Source of the DNA: Acidobacteriota bacterium
GTDB taxonomy: Bacteria; Acidobacteriota; UBA6911; RPQK01; JADFOI01
NCBI GenBank assembly: GCA_963663035.1
Contig: OY760074.1
Location: 736,001 to 800,000, forward strand
Direction of reading: 5' to 3'
Length of the DNA stretch: 64,000 nt
The position numbers and the translations under genes were made by a program. The notes under the pieces are model-generated. The model saw nothing but the letters and a program-made list of their open reading frames with translations. It was not told the DNA's origin and ran no database searches. Positions 48,996 to 58,536 of this stretch are shown piece by piece (the first letter of the stretch is position 1; each line of letters starts with the position of its first letter).

Positions 48996-49571
48996 TCAAG
49001 CCTGTGCCTCGGGTCTGTCCTCCTGCTTGAGGACTTCCAGTATGAATGTGAGTTGCTTCCCTCGAAGCAAGAAGCAGAGATACTGTTCCCAAAATTTTCT
49101 GATGAATCTCAGTTGGGGAAGGCGATTGTCCAGATTGATGAGCAACTGAAGTCCCAGAAACTTCCAGGGGGAAGCCATCTCCACATCCTTCCTGATAATC
49201 TTGAAGCGAGCCTGAGTGTAGTGGTTGGTGTGGTAAGAAGGCTCAAAATAGTTGAATGAGTAGGAATTGAGGTGCCACTTATGGGTCGGATCCTGCCAGG
49301 AGATGGAGTCCGTATAGTGAGGCGTGATCAGTGTAACCCGAGCATGAGGACGACAAATTCGATGGATCTCTTCCATGACCGCTAACACGGAGTCCATGTG
49401 CTCGATCACATGGATAGCGTAGACCTCATCAAAACTGTTGTCTTTTGTTGGGTAAGGGATGTGGTTAAGATTATGGACCAGATCCACATTCGGTAAGTGG
49501 ACCCGATCGATGCCAATGGCTCCAGGACGCTTGTTTCGACCGCAACCGATATCTAAAACGCGTTTCTTCAT
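48996..49571 (-). CDS. Class I SAM methyltransferase domain protein (polysaccharide-locus type)
   Basis: LDIGCG, HVIEH, DPTH. Confidence 0.85.
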   Translation of the reverse strand: MKKRVLDIGCGRNKRPGAIGIDRVHLPNVDLVHNLNHIPYPTKDNSFDEVYAIHVIEHMDSVLAVMEEIHRICRPHARVTLITPHYTDSISWQDPTHKWHLNSYSFNYFEPSYHTNHYTQARFKIIRKDVEMASPWKFLGLQLLINLDNRLPQLRFIRKFWEQYLCFLLRGKQLTFILEVLKQEDRPEAQA

Positions 49572-49643
49572 GGGAGAGCTGGCAGCTGAGGATAACTCAG
49601 TTAACTGGCTAGAAGCCAGCGGTCAGGGGGCAGCGGCTTAATT

Positions 49644-50534
49644 ATGCCAGAGCTTCCAGAAGTTGAGACGGTGCGACGAGGGCTGGAGCCCCATGTAGTG
49701 GGACGCTCGATTGAGGATCTCTGGGTCGGAGATTCCAAGATTTTACAGGTCGACGCTCATCGCCTGACTCAAGACGTCCTTGGGCAGACGATACAGAGCC
49801 TGAGCCGACGCGGAAAATTCTTGCTCTTTGAGCTGGACAGCCGCTACCTCATTTTCCACTTCGGCATGACCGGTCAGCTCACCTTTCGGGATCCCAACCG
49901 GCCTGATTCCCAGGGATTCAGGAGACATCCGGTAACGGGTCTTCAGCGAACTCTTCAGCATCCTCCCGACCGGCATACCCACTTAGTCATCCGCTTCCGG
50001 CAGGGCGGAGCAGTGCTTTTCCGGGATATCCGCAAATTTGGCAAGGTCTTCCTGATTGAAAAGGGGGAGGATGTACTATCTGCCTTCTTTCGGGGATTGG
50101 GTTTGGAACCCTTTACCCCTGCCTACAACCTGCCGGCCTTTCTCAAAAGATTTCGCAATCGAAAGCTGGCCATCAAATCATTGCTATTGAATCAGAGTTT
50201 TGTGGCGGGGATCGGGAATATCTATGCCGATGAGGCTCTCTTCAACGCGGGAATTCATCCTTCCCGGAAAATTCGATCCATACGGATAGTAGAGAGGAAA
50301 AGGCTTTTTGAGGCCATCACACAAGTCCTGGAGCGGGGGATCGAATTCGGCGGCACCAGTTTGCGTGACTTCGTCAACAGCGATGGGGAAGCGGGGAGTC
50401 ACCAGGAAAAGTTGATGGTGTATGGGCGCCAAGGAGAAGCCTGTCATCGCTGTGGAACCCTGATTCAGAAAATAGTGATAAGCCAACGCAGCAGCTCTTT
50501 TTGCTCCACCTGCCAGCCCCGGGGCGGAACTTAG
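49644..50534 (+). CDS. mutM: Formamidopyrimidine-DNA glycosylase
   Basis: MPELPEVE, RRGK, HFGMTG, GIGNIYADE, C-terminal Zn finger. Confidence 0.96.
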   Translation: MPELPEVETVRRGLEPHVVGRSIEDLWVGDSKILQVDAHRLTQDVLGQTIQSLSRRGKFLLFELDSRYLIFHFGMTGQLTFRDPNRPDSQGFRRHPVTGLQRTLQHPPDRHTHLVIRFRQGGAVLFRDIRKFGKVFLIEKGEDVLSAFFRGLGLEPFTPAYNLPAFLKRFRNRKLAIKSLLLNQSFVAGIGNIYADEALFNAGIHPSRKIRSIRIVERKRLFEAITQVLERGIEFGGTSLRDFVNSDGEAGSHQEKLMVYGRQGEACHRCGTLIQKIVISQRSSSFCSTCQPRGGT

Positions 50535-50563
50535 CCCATATTTCCCTTTTTTCCTCTCCCTAT

Positions 50564-50592
50564 TTCCAAGTTGCAGGGTGACTCTGTATAAT
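50564..50592 (+). promoter_or_regulatory. Putative sigma-70 promoter of the radical SAM gene
   Basis: TTCCAA-N17-TATAAT, which supports the ATG at 50638 as the start. Confidence 0.5.
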
Positions 50593-50637
50593 GAATCTTT
50601 CTTCGGAATTCAAGTTTCAGGGGAAGGGGAGCGTTCC

Positions 50638-52203
50638 ATGCGTGTACACCTGGTCAATCCCAGTGACGTAGCTTTTGGCGTAGGGGTTATAACGCCGCGC
50701 TGGCTCTATGTCCTGGCGGCTGCGACTCCAGGCAGCTTCGGAGATCCCCGGGTGATAGATGAAACGCTCGAGCCCATGGACTTCACCCAGATTCAAGAGG
50801 GCGACGTCGTGGGAATCGGGATTCACACTCTGAATGCGCTGCGCGGCTACGAGGTGGGGCGGGCGGCTCGCCAGCGGGGAGCCTACGTGGTCTTCGGCGG
50901 CATCCACGCCACGCTCTATCCGGAGGAAGCCTACGAGTTTGGGGGTGCCCACGCGGCGGTGAAGGGCGATGGAGACGTCATTTGGGAAAAAGTGCTGGCG
51001 GATTGCAGCAATGGGGGTCCCCAACGCCTCTACGACGGAGGGCAAATCGAGCCCGACCAGTTCCTGGCAGCGCGTTGGGATTTGATGCCGCCGCGCGCCT
51101 ACATGATGGCATCGGTCCAAACGGTGCGGGGATGTCCCAAACACTGCTCCTTTTGTTCGGTGTGGCGAACCGACGGACAGCGTCCCAGACAGCCCGTAGT
51201 GGATAGAGTCCTGGGAGAGATTGTGGACCTGCGTCGTCAGGGGTATCGATTCATTGCGCTGGCCGATGACAACTTCTATCCGGTGACGCTGGAAGATCTG
51301 AGACTGGCCGAGAGCCGGAACCAACCCGAGCGGCTGGCCGAGCTGAAGGCCATCCGCGAGGAGCGGTTTGAATTGATGGACCGGCTGGCCGAGCTGCCCA
51401 AGAACATGTGCTTTTTCACCCAAATCACGATGGAGGCCGCAGACGATCCGGAATTTCTGGACGCCATGCGCCGGGCCAGGATCAAGGGAGCCCTGGTGGG
51501 AGTTGAATCGGTCACCCCGGAGGGTCTGAAGGCCGTTTACAAGGAGTTCAACTCGTCGGGCGATGACCTGGTGAAAAGGCTCCGAATTTTCCCGGAACAC
51601 GGCGTCCAGGTCCTGGGCTCCTTTATCTTTGGGCTGTCCAGCGACCGCACGGAAACCTTCGACACCACGGTCACTGTGGCTCAGGCTGCCCAGGTGGCCT
51701 TGGCCCAGTTTGTAACCCTGACCCCTTTTCCCGGCACGGTGGACTTTATGCGCTGGGAAAAAAAGATGGAGAACGACCCCACCCGCGTTGCAGGTTTTCC
51801 TCTGACGAGATTCTGGCTCATTCCCAGGCCGGTTCGACCGAGGCTGTTTATACCCCATCCGGAGATGTCCATTGAGGAGATCCGCCAGAACACCCAAGGG
51901 GTTTGGGACCGTTTTTATAGCCTGAAAAGAATCTGGCAGCGATCCCGCTGCACGCCGACCCTGCGCTCCCGGCTGGCCTTTATCATGATTTCAAAGCTCT
52001 ACCGGCAGATGTACGCCAACACGGGATTGGCCACCGATAGTGCTCGGATCGGCAAGGCAGCCCATTGGGCGTCGTGGTTGGCGAGGCCGCTGCAAAAGTT
52101 TTTTCAGTCGGCACCCATGCCGGAGCTGCAGGTGCCCGCGAGCTCAAGGGAACGGAAGGCTGGCGCTAACCCGATCCTCGCCAAGCAAGCATCAACCGGA
52201 TAG
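50638..52203 (+). CDS. B12-binding domain radical SAM protein
   Basis: VVFGGIHAT cobalamin-domain motif, RGCPKHCSFC (CxxxCxxC), DDNF, GVES, TPFPGT. Confidence 0.9.
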   Translation: MRVHLVNPSDVAFGVGVITPRWLYVLAAATPGSFGDPRVIDETLEPMDFTQIQEGDVVGIGIHTLNALRGYEVGRAARQRGAYVVFGGIHATLYPEEAYEFGGAHAAVKGDGDVIWEKVLADCSNGGPQRLYDGGQIEPDQFLAARWDLMPPRAYMMASVQTVRGCPKHCSFCSVWRTDGQRPRQPVVDRVLGEIVDLRRQGYRFIALADDNFYPVTLEDLRLAESRNQPERLAELKAIREERFELMDRLAELPKNMCFFTQITMEAADDPEFLDAMRRARIKGALVGVESVTPEGLKAVYKEFNSSGDDLVKRLRIFPEHGVQVLGSFIFGLSSDRTETFDTTVTVAQAAQVALAQFVTLTPFPGTVDFMRWEKKMENDPTRVAGFPLTRFWLIPRPVRPRLFIPHPEMSIEEIRQNTQGVWDRFYSLKRIWQRSRCTPTLRSRLAFIMISKLYRQMYANTGLATDSARIGKAAHWASWLARPLQKFFQSAPMPELQVPASSRERKAGANPILAKQASTG

Positions 52204-52235
52204 CTCTCACCAAAGAACGCCCGTCCCTTGCTCCG

Positions 52236-52655
52236 ATGATTGTTCAAGATTCAACTTTGAGTCTCCAGACCAAGGGATTTTGCCATGTGGTGAACATTAC
52301 CGATGACGTGCAGGGTCGGATTGATGAAAGTGAGATCGAGAGGGGAACCGTGACGGTGTTTGTGGTCGGATCCACGGCCGGGATCACGGTGGTTGAGTAC
52401 GAGCCCGGGCTGGTCCAGGATCTGGAGGATCTCTTCAACAAACTCGCTCCCCCCACCCGTGACTACCACCACGAGCAAACGTGGCATGACGGTAATGGCT
52501 TCTCACACGTGCGCGCTTCACTCTTAAAGCCGTCTCTGGTGGTTCCGGTGGTGGGCGGTAAGATGCGTTTGGGCACCTGGCAGCAGATCGTTGTGCTGGA
52601 TTTCGACAACGGTCCCCGTACCCGCGAGGTGGCAGTGCAGGTCATGGGGATGTAA
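52236..52655 (+). CDS. yjbQ: YjbQ/UPF0047 family protein
   Basis: GSTAGITVVEYEP, NGFSHVRASL, LGTWQQI...DFD. Confidence 0.92.
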   Translation: MIVQDSTLSLQTKGFCHVVNITDDVQGRIDESEIERGTVTVFVVGSTAGITVVEYEPGLVQDLEDLFNKLAPPTRDYHHEQTWHDGNGFSHVRASLLKPSLVVPVVGGKMRLGTWQQIVVLDFDNGPRTREVAVQVMGM

Positions 52656-52803
52656 GCCCGGATTATGCATAGGTTTTCGTAGCGAGGTGCCGAAAACGCC
52701 GTCCTGACAAGGCGCACGAGGGGTACCCGCTTGCGGGTCGCGCAACGCAGTCAGGGCGGATGCTTTCGGCGCCACAGCAGAAAATTTATGCATAATCCGG
52801 GCT
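52655..52803. mobile_element. MITE-like element, copy B (about 150 bp, reverse orientation)
   Basis: Perfect TIR AGCCCGGATTATGCATA / TATGCATAATCCGGGCT; contains GGGGTACCCGCTTGCGGGTCG. Confidence 0.8.
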
Positions 52804-52827
52804 AAGGTTTCCCAGCTGCGATACTGG

Positions 52828-53661
52828 CTAGAGAATCACGTTATCGATTAACCGTGTCGATCCTATCTTGACTGCTGTCGAAAGCATGGCCTGTCTCTCG
52901 ACGACCTCCAATTCCTCGACAGTCCTGGCATCGGCAACGCTGACGTAGTCAACCTGTGACACCAGCGGCTCCTTCAAAAGGATGTCTCTGGTATGTTGCC
53001 TGAGGCGGTCAGCGTCCTTAACACCACTCTCCCACAGTTGCCTGGCTGCAAAGAGAGCTTGGCTGATGACCCGGGCCGCGCGTCGTTCCTCAGGACCTAA
53101 AAAGACATTTCGGCTGCTCATTGCCAGCCCATCCGACTCACGTACCGTAGGCACGGGTACCAGTTCTACTGCAAGATTCAAGTCCTCCACTAACCTGCGC
53201 ACTACGCTGTATTGCTGACCATCCTTTTGCCCGAAGTAGGCTCGGTCGGGTCCGCAAATATGGAACAGCTTCAGAACCACCGTAGCGACCCCTCGGAAAT
53301 GAGTGGGTCGGAACTGCCCTTCCAGAACCTGTCCTATCCTGCCCACCTCGACATCGGTTTCAAAGCCAGGAGGGTACATCTCCTCACTGGAGGGGGTAAA
53401 AAGAACATCGGTCCCTTCTGCCTCCAGTGTTGTCCGATCTCGCTCAAGATCGCGAGGGTAGGCCGCAAAGTCCTCTTGGGGAGCAAACTGGGTGGGATTG
53501 ACAAAGATGGTGACAACCAGAGTCGCGTTCTCACTCCGAGCCTTTCTGACCAGAGCAAGGTGTCCCTCGTGGAGTGCGCCCATGGTAGGCACCATTCCGC
53601 GAGGGCGGTCACTTTTGGCAAGAGCCTGTCGCACCTCCGAAACCGTTGTCGCAACCAGCAT
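52828..53661 (-). CDS. panC: Pantoate--beta-alanine ligase
   Basis: VPTMGALHEGH, FVNPTQF, FGQKD, GLAMSSRN, RLIDN. Confidence 0.97.
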   Translation of the reverse strand: MLVATTVSEVRQALAKSDRPRGMVPTMGALHEGHLALVRKARSENATLVVTIFVNPTQFAPQEDFAAYPRDLERDRTTLEAEGTDVLFTPSSEEMYPPGFETDVEVGRIGQVLEGQFRPTHFRGVATVVLKLFHICGPDRAYFGQKDGQQYSVVRRLVEDLNLAVELVPVPTVRESDGLAMSSRNVFLGPEERRAARVISQALFAARQLWESGVKDADRLRQHTRDILLKEPLVSQVDYVSVADARTVEELEVVERQAMLSTAVKIGSTRLIDNVIL

Positions 53662-53670
53662 GCCTGACCC

Positions 53671-54513
53671 CTAGGTGAGAGCTTCTTCAATCTCCTCAAT
53701 GATGGATTCATCCATGGATAGATCCTCATCTTGAGAAGGAAAAGCACCGGAACGCGTGTCATCGATGAACTGTTCCAGGGCTGATTTGAAGGTTTCAAAA
53801 CCCTTCGCATACTGGCGTACATGCCTTGGCGTGAAGTCGGTGAACAGGCCCAGGATATCGTGAAACACCTGTACCTGCCCGTCGCAGTGAGGACCTGCAC
53901 CAATCCCGATGGTGGGAATGTCCAGGCGCTTCGTAATTAGCCGACCCAAGGCCCCGGGAATCAGTTCAAGCACCACGGCGAACGCTCCTGCTTCCTGGAG
54001 AGACTCGGCATCCCGCACCAGTTCCAGTGCTTCTTCCTTGTTGCGGCCTTGTGCCCGATAGCCTCCGAAGGCGTGCACCGACTGAGGAGTCAGACCGACA
54101 TGACCCATCACCGGTATTCCCACCTCAACGATCCGCCTGACGGTCTCGGCAGCCCGCTGCCCCCCCTCCAGTTTGACCGCCTGCACTCCTCCTTCCTGAA
54201 GGGCAAGGCCGGCATTTCGCAGGGCCTGGTCCGCATTGATCTGATAGCTCAGGAAAGGGAGGTCCAGAACGACCAGAGCCCGGCTGGCGCCTCGCACCAC
54301 TGCCTGGCTGTGATGCAGCATGTCTTCCATGGAGACGGGAATCGTGCTGTCGTGACCGAGCACAACCATGCCTAAACTGTCTCCCACCAGTACCAAAGGA
54401 ATACCAGCCGCCTCAGCGATTTGAGCGCTGGTGTAATCGTAAGCCGTCACCACGGGAATTTTCTTCCCCTGGCCTTTCATGTCCTGGATATCTCGGATGC
54501 TCAATCTGGCCAT
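53671..54513 (-). CDS. panB: 3-methyl-2-oxobutanoate hydroxymethyltransferase
   Basis: TAYDY, LVGDSLG, VKLEGG, GHVGLTPQ, TIGIGAG..CDGQ. Confidence 0.97.
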   Translation of the reverse strand: MARLSIRDIQDMKGQGKKIPVVTAYDYTSAQIAEAAGIPLVLVGDSLGMVVLGHDSTIPVSMEDMLHHSQAVVRGASRALVVLDLPFLSYQINADQALRNAGLALQEGGVQAVKLEGGQRAAETVRRIVEVGIPVMGHVGLTPQSVHAFGGYRAQGRNKEEALELVRDAESLQEAGAFAVVLELIPGALGRLITKRLDIPTIGIGAGPHCDGQVQVFHDILGLFTDFTPRHVRQYAKGFETFKSALEQFIDDTRSGAFPSQDEDLSMDESIIEEIEEALT

Positions 54514-54522
54514 GGCTCGATC

Positions 54523-56262
54523 TCAGTAAATCGTCGCTTCGGGCATCAGCAGCCAGGGAGCTGGACGAGAGAGGAAGGGAATCTGCTCCTCGAGCCATTG
54601 GTTGACAGAGGGACGTTGCTGGATCCCAAAAAGCTCTCCACTGCTCAGCGCTTCCCACAGGGTTCGGGGTTGAGGGTAGAGCACCAGTTCAAGTTCCTCG
54701 TCCTCCTCCAACTCCAGGATCCGCTTCATCTGGGCAATTGCCTCGGGCAGCCCTCCCAGCTCATCGACCAGCCCGATTTCTCTGGCCTGAACACCGGTGT
54801 AAATTCGCCCTCGTGCCATGGGTTCCAGTTCCTCGTAGCTCAGCTGGCGGCCCTCGGCCGCTTTTTGAACAAAGGAGTCATAGATGGTCTCCATCCACGA
54901 TTCCACCATTTGTCTTTGCTCATCGGTCAATGAGGTCAGGAGCGAGAAGATGTCAGCGTTGGGGGAGGTCTTCACCTGATCAATTGTCACTCCCAGCCAC
55001 TGGTAGAGTTCTGTCATGTCAAACTTGCCAAAGATCACACCGATGGAGCCGGTAATGGTGGAGGGTTGGCTGATCACGTGATGAGCCGCCATGGAGATGT
55101 AATAGCCCCCCGATCCGGCAAGGCCGGACATGGAAACCACCACAGGTTTATGGGCTTCTTCAAGGAGTACCACCTCCTTCCACACCATGTCGGATCCCAC
55201 CACTGAGCCCCCTGGACTATCCACCCGGAAGATAATTCCCTCGATGCTCTCATCCTCACGGATGCTGCGCAGACGAGAAGCCACGGTCATTCCACCCATT
55301 ATTTGGGAGAAGGGATCACTGTGCCCCGAAGTGATGGCTCCCAGTCCTCCCAGCAGAGCGACCCGGTGCCCGGAGCGGCTTCTATAGTCGCTCTCAACTG
55401 CCTCCAGGTAGGCGCCTGCCGACAGACTTCCATTCCCCTCTGAATCCTCGCCGCTGCCTGCCAACTTTTCCTGGACCTCATGTTTGTAACCGAGTGCATC
55501 AACCAAGCGCTCCTCGAGAGCCTGATCGGCCGATAAGAGGCCGACCGCCAGGATGCGCCGTATATCTTCTTCATCCAGGCTTCTCTCTTGAGCAAGGACG
55601 GAAATGAAACGATCCTCGATGTCCTGGAGAATGGACTCGTACATTTCTCGAATTTCAGGAGTCATGTCTTCTCGGGTGTAGCTCTCGGCGCTTTTGTATT
55701 CCTTGAACTGTATGAAAATGGGCTTGATTCCGAGCTTGTCCATGGTTCCTTTATAAAAGGTGAGTTCGGCCAGCAGGCCGTTCACCAGCAAAGCTGCGCT
55801 CGGGTTCAAGGTGATGGTATCGGCTGCGGAAGCCAGATAAAGTTCAGGATCCCTGACGATGTCCAGAGCCAAAAAGGCATGAATGAGTTTTCCTGAGGCG
55901 CGGAAACTGTGCATATACTCACGCATTTCCTCGATTTGGGCCCAGTTCAAAAGCAAGGGATGGATTTCAAGGTAGAGGTCCGAAACTCGATCGTCTCGGG
56001 CCGCGTACTCAAGGACTTTTCCCAGTTCCCACAGACTCAGCGTGCCTGGTGCGAAGATTTGTGTCAGAGGGCTCTCTGGCGGCAGCTCGGGAACGGTTCC
56101 GGCCAGAACCACCTCCACAGTGGTATTTTCCTGGATGGTCGTTCCCTGGCCCCAGATCAAGAAGAGAAAAATCCCTAAAACGATGGTCAGGACAACGATT
56201 CCCACGGTGACGAGCACCAGGAGCCAGATCTTTTTCCCACTCATAACTTTCTCCTTGTCCAC
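54523..56262 (-). CDS. sppA: Signal peptide peptidase SppA, long form
   Basis: EYKSAE, RVDSPGGS, SGGYYI, TITGSIGV, GRIYTG..A...GLVD. Confidence 0.93.
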   Translation of the reverse strand: MDKEKVMSGKKIWLLVLVTVGIVVLTIVLGIFLFLIWGQGTTIQENTTVEVVLAGTVPELPPESPLTQIFAPGTLSLWELGKVLEYAARDDRVSDLYLEIHPLLLNWAQIEEMREYMHSFRASGKLIHAFLALDIVRDPELYLASAADTITLNPSAALLVNGLLAELTFYKGTMDKLGIKPIFIQFKEYKSAESYTREDMTPEIREMYESILQDIEDRFISVLAQERSLDEEDIRRILAVGLLSADQALEERLVDALGYKHEVQEKLAGSGEDSEGNGSLSAGAYLEAVESDYRSRSGHRVALLGGLGAITSGHSDPFSQIMGGMTVASRLRSIREDESIEGIIFRVDSPGGSVVGSDMVWKEVVLLEEAHKPVVVSMSGLAGSGGYYISMAAHHVISQPSTITGSIGVIFGKFDMTELYQWLGVTIDQVKTSPNADIFSLLTSLTDEQRQMVESWMETIYDSFVQKAAEGRQLSYEELEPMARGRIYTGVQAREIGLVDELGGLPEAIAQMKRILELEEDEELELVLYPQPRTLWEALSSGELFGIQQRPSVNQWLEEQIPFLSRPAPWLLMPEATIY

Positions 56263-56290
56263 AAGTTTAGTGCCGGAGACATTTGAGTAC

Positions 56291-56553
56291 TAGCCCACAT
56301 TATGCATAAATTTTCTACAAGCGTGTCGCAATCATCCGCGCTGACGGCGTCGTGCGACCCGCAAGCGGGTACCCCTTGCGCTCCTCGGCGTACTGCAAGA
56401 GTACGCCTGCGGGGCCCGACCCGTGGCGGGTACCCCTCGCACGCCAGTCGGAGCCGCAGGCTTTAGCCTGCGGGCCCGTGGGCTAAAGCCCACGGCTCTG
56501 TTTTCCGGCGCTTTCGCCACTTTGCTACGAAAACCTATGCATAATGTGGGCTA
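56291..56553. mobile_element. MITE-like element, copy C (263 bp) with a nested REP-like pair
   Basis: Perfect TIR TAGCCCACATTATGCATA / TATGCATAATGTGGGCTA; extra CGCAGGCTTTAGCCTGCG and CGTGGGCTAAAGCCCACG hairpins. Confidence 0.8.
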
Positions 56554-56577
56554 GCCAGCCTCTACTTTTTCTTGAAA

Positions 56578-57306
56578 TCACCTGCCACGGTACCAGCGAG
56601 CCAGGCGTGAGGGGTCGCGGCCAAGATAGTAAGCGATAATCACCAACTGGTTGATCAGGGTGGTCCGGAAAGGGCCAAGTTTCTGCCAGCGACGGGCCGA
56701 GGACACGGCGGCTGCCGGGGCGATGATGATGCTGCCCCGGCCGCGCAGTCTGCGAACCAGTTCAAAGTCTTCCATGATTGGAAGATCGGGGAACCCCCCC
56801 ATTTCACGGAAGAGTTCTGCTGTTAAAAAGATTGCCTGGTCCCCATAAGGCATGTGCAGGTATTGGGCTCGCCAATTGGCAGTTTTCTCGATGATCCGCA
56901 GTCCAGCCGAGGAGGCATCGAGTTGGAATTGAAAGGCTCCGGCCGCCACACCGGGTTGAGTCAGAATTTGTCGGATGTGGTGGTCAAAACCTTCCGGGAG
57001 GCGAGTATCGGCATGCAGAAAAACGAGGAACTTTCCTTCAGCTGCCTCGGCTCCAGCATTCATCTGTCGGGCGCGACCCAGGGGAGAATGGACGATCCTG
57101 GCACTGTGGGCTTGAGCCACTCCTGGCGTCCCATCGGAACTCCCCCCGTCGACGACTATTCGCTCCACACCGGTGGACTTCTGGGTGCTGCTGAGAGCCA
57201 GGTCGATCACTTCAGCCTCGTTGTAGGCGGGGATAATCACGGATATATCTGTGGGAGAGCCGGTCACCAACCTCCATTCTATCTCGCCTGGTCCTGATGA
57301 GACCAA
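56578..57306 (-). CDS. GT2 glycosyltransferase, TIGR04283-like
   Basis: ISVIIPAYNE, GRARQMNAGA, FLHADT, PYGDQ, IMED, SARRW. Confidence 0.88.
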   Translation of the reverse strand: MVSSGPGEIEWRLVTGSPTDISVIIPAYNEAEVIDLALSSTQKSTGVERIVVDGGSSDGTPGVAQAHSARIVHSPLGRARQMNAGAEAAEGKFLVFLHADTRLPEGFDHHIRQILTQPGVAAGAFQFQLDASSAGLRIIEKTANWRAQYLHMPYGDQAIFLTAELFREMGGFPDLPIMEDFELVRRLRGRGSIIIAPAAAVSSARRWQKLGPFRTTLINQLVIIAYYLGRDPSRLARWYRGR

Positions 57307-57345
57307 TCAAGAGTATAATGTTGGAGGAATCTCCCAGGCTGGAAA

Positions 57346-58536
57346 ATGTGGTTGGAACGGAAGAGGAAGTCACGGGTTCTTGGTTGTGTGCTTGCCGCAC
57401 TGCTGGTGGGGATCCTCCTGTGGGCCGCTTCATCCCCCCTCCCTTTTACACCGCTCTCTGATGGGAACGTAGAGTCCTTCTCTTTTATCGTCTACGGAGA
57501 TATCCAGGACAATTACAGGAATGGCCACCAGGCTCTTGTCAATCTCATGCTCAGAGAAGACGCTGCCTTTGTGGTCAATACGGGAGACATTTCATCCAAC
57601 GGGGGAAAACACTACCAGCGCGATTTCTATCCGATCATCCAGGAGCTGGCGAAACGAATGGCTTTTTTCCCCAGCCTGGGGAACCATGATGTCAACTGGG
57701 GCAGTCCCCTGAGCCGCGATCGTTTTCTCACCTTCTTCCACCAAACCTTCGACTATCTTGGGCAGCAGGAGAACAATGCCCACCTGCTGGAACCCAACAC
57801 CCAGAAGCTCTGGTACAGCTTCCAGTATGGCGACGCTCTCTTTGTCGTACTCGACTCGAATCTTTTTATCGATGAGGGTCGATACCGCAGAACTCACCGG
57901 CTTGCTCCTTATCGGAATTACTTGCAGGAGCAGATGATCTGGGTGAGGGACCTTCTCAGAGACACCAGTCGTGATCCACAGATTCGAGCCAAATTCGTCT
58001 TCTTTCATCACTCGCCCTTTGTCAGTGATGAAAAAGATCCCGTGCCATTTTTTGGCTGGGGAGGACATCCGGGTCACACCCGGATGGTGGTAAATCTGAC
58101 GGTCCCTTCAGAGGAACCCGGCAAGAAGCTGTATCTTCTTGATCTTTTCAGGCAGCATCGCGTCACGGCAGTCTTTACAGGACACGAACACTACTATGAA
58201 AGATGGCAGGAGATCATACGAGAAGACAACCGGCCCATTCACCTACTCAATTGGGTGGTGACGGGTCTGGGAGGTGTCAAACCGCGCGGGACTCCGAAAT
58301 ATGAAGAGAAGAAGATCCAGAAGCTGTTGGAGGAGAATGAAACCTATCAGCATTACCTGACGCGAAGCTCCCAGTTGAATCCCAACTGGACGGCTGAATT
58401 TCAGCATCCCTTTCCGACAGAGGAGAGCCGCTCGGGCAGCTTTCACAGCTATGTCCTGGTGACAGTTGACAGCTCTGGAGTTCGCTTTCAAACCAAGGAC
58501 AAATCGGGAAAGGTCCGTGACCAGGGAGACTTCTAG
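57346..58536 (+). CDS. Calcineurin-like metallophosphoesterase (purple acid phosphatase-like)
   Basis: YGD, NTGD, GNHD, FFHH, GHEHYYER. Confidence 0.88.
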   Translation: MWLERKRKSRVLGCVLAALLVGILLWAASSPLPFTPLSDGNVESFSFIVYGDIQDNYRNGHQALVNLMLREDAAFVVNTGDISSNGGKHYQRDFYPIIQELAKRMAFFPSLGNHDVNWGSPLSRDRFLTFFHQTFDYLGQQENNAHLLEPNTQKLWYSFQYGDALFVVLDSNLFIDEGRYRRTHRLAPYRNYLQEQMIWVRDLLRDTSRDPQIRAKFVFFHHSPFVSDEKDPVPFFGWGGHPGHTRMVVNLTVPSEEPGKKLYLLDLFRQHRVTAVFTGHEHYYERWQEIIREDNRPIHLLNWVVTGLGGVKPRGTPKYEEKKIQKLLEENETYQHYLTRSSQLNPNWTAEFQHPFPTEESRSGSFHSYVLVTVDSSGVRFQTKDKSGKVRDQGDF

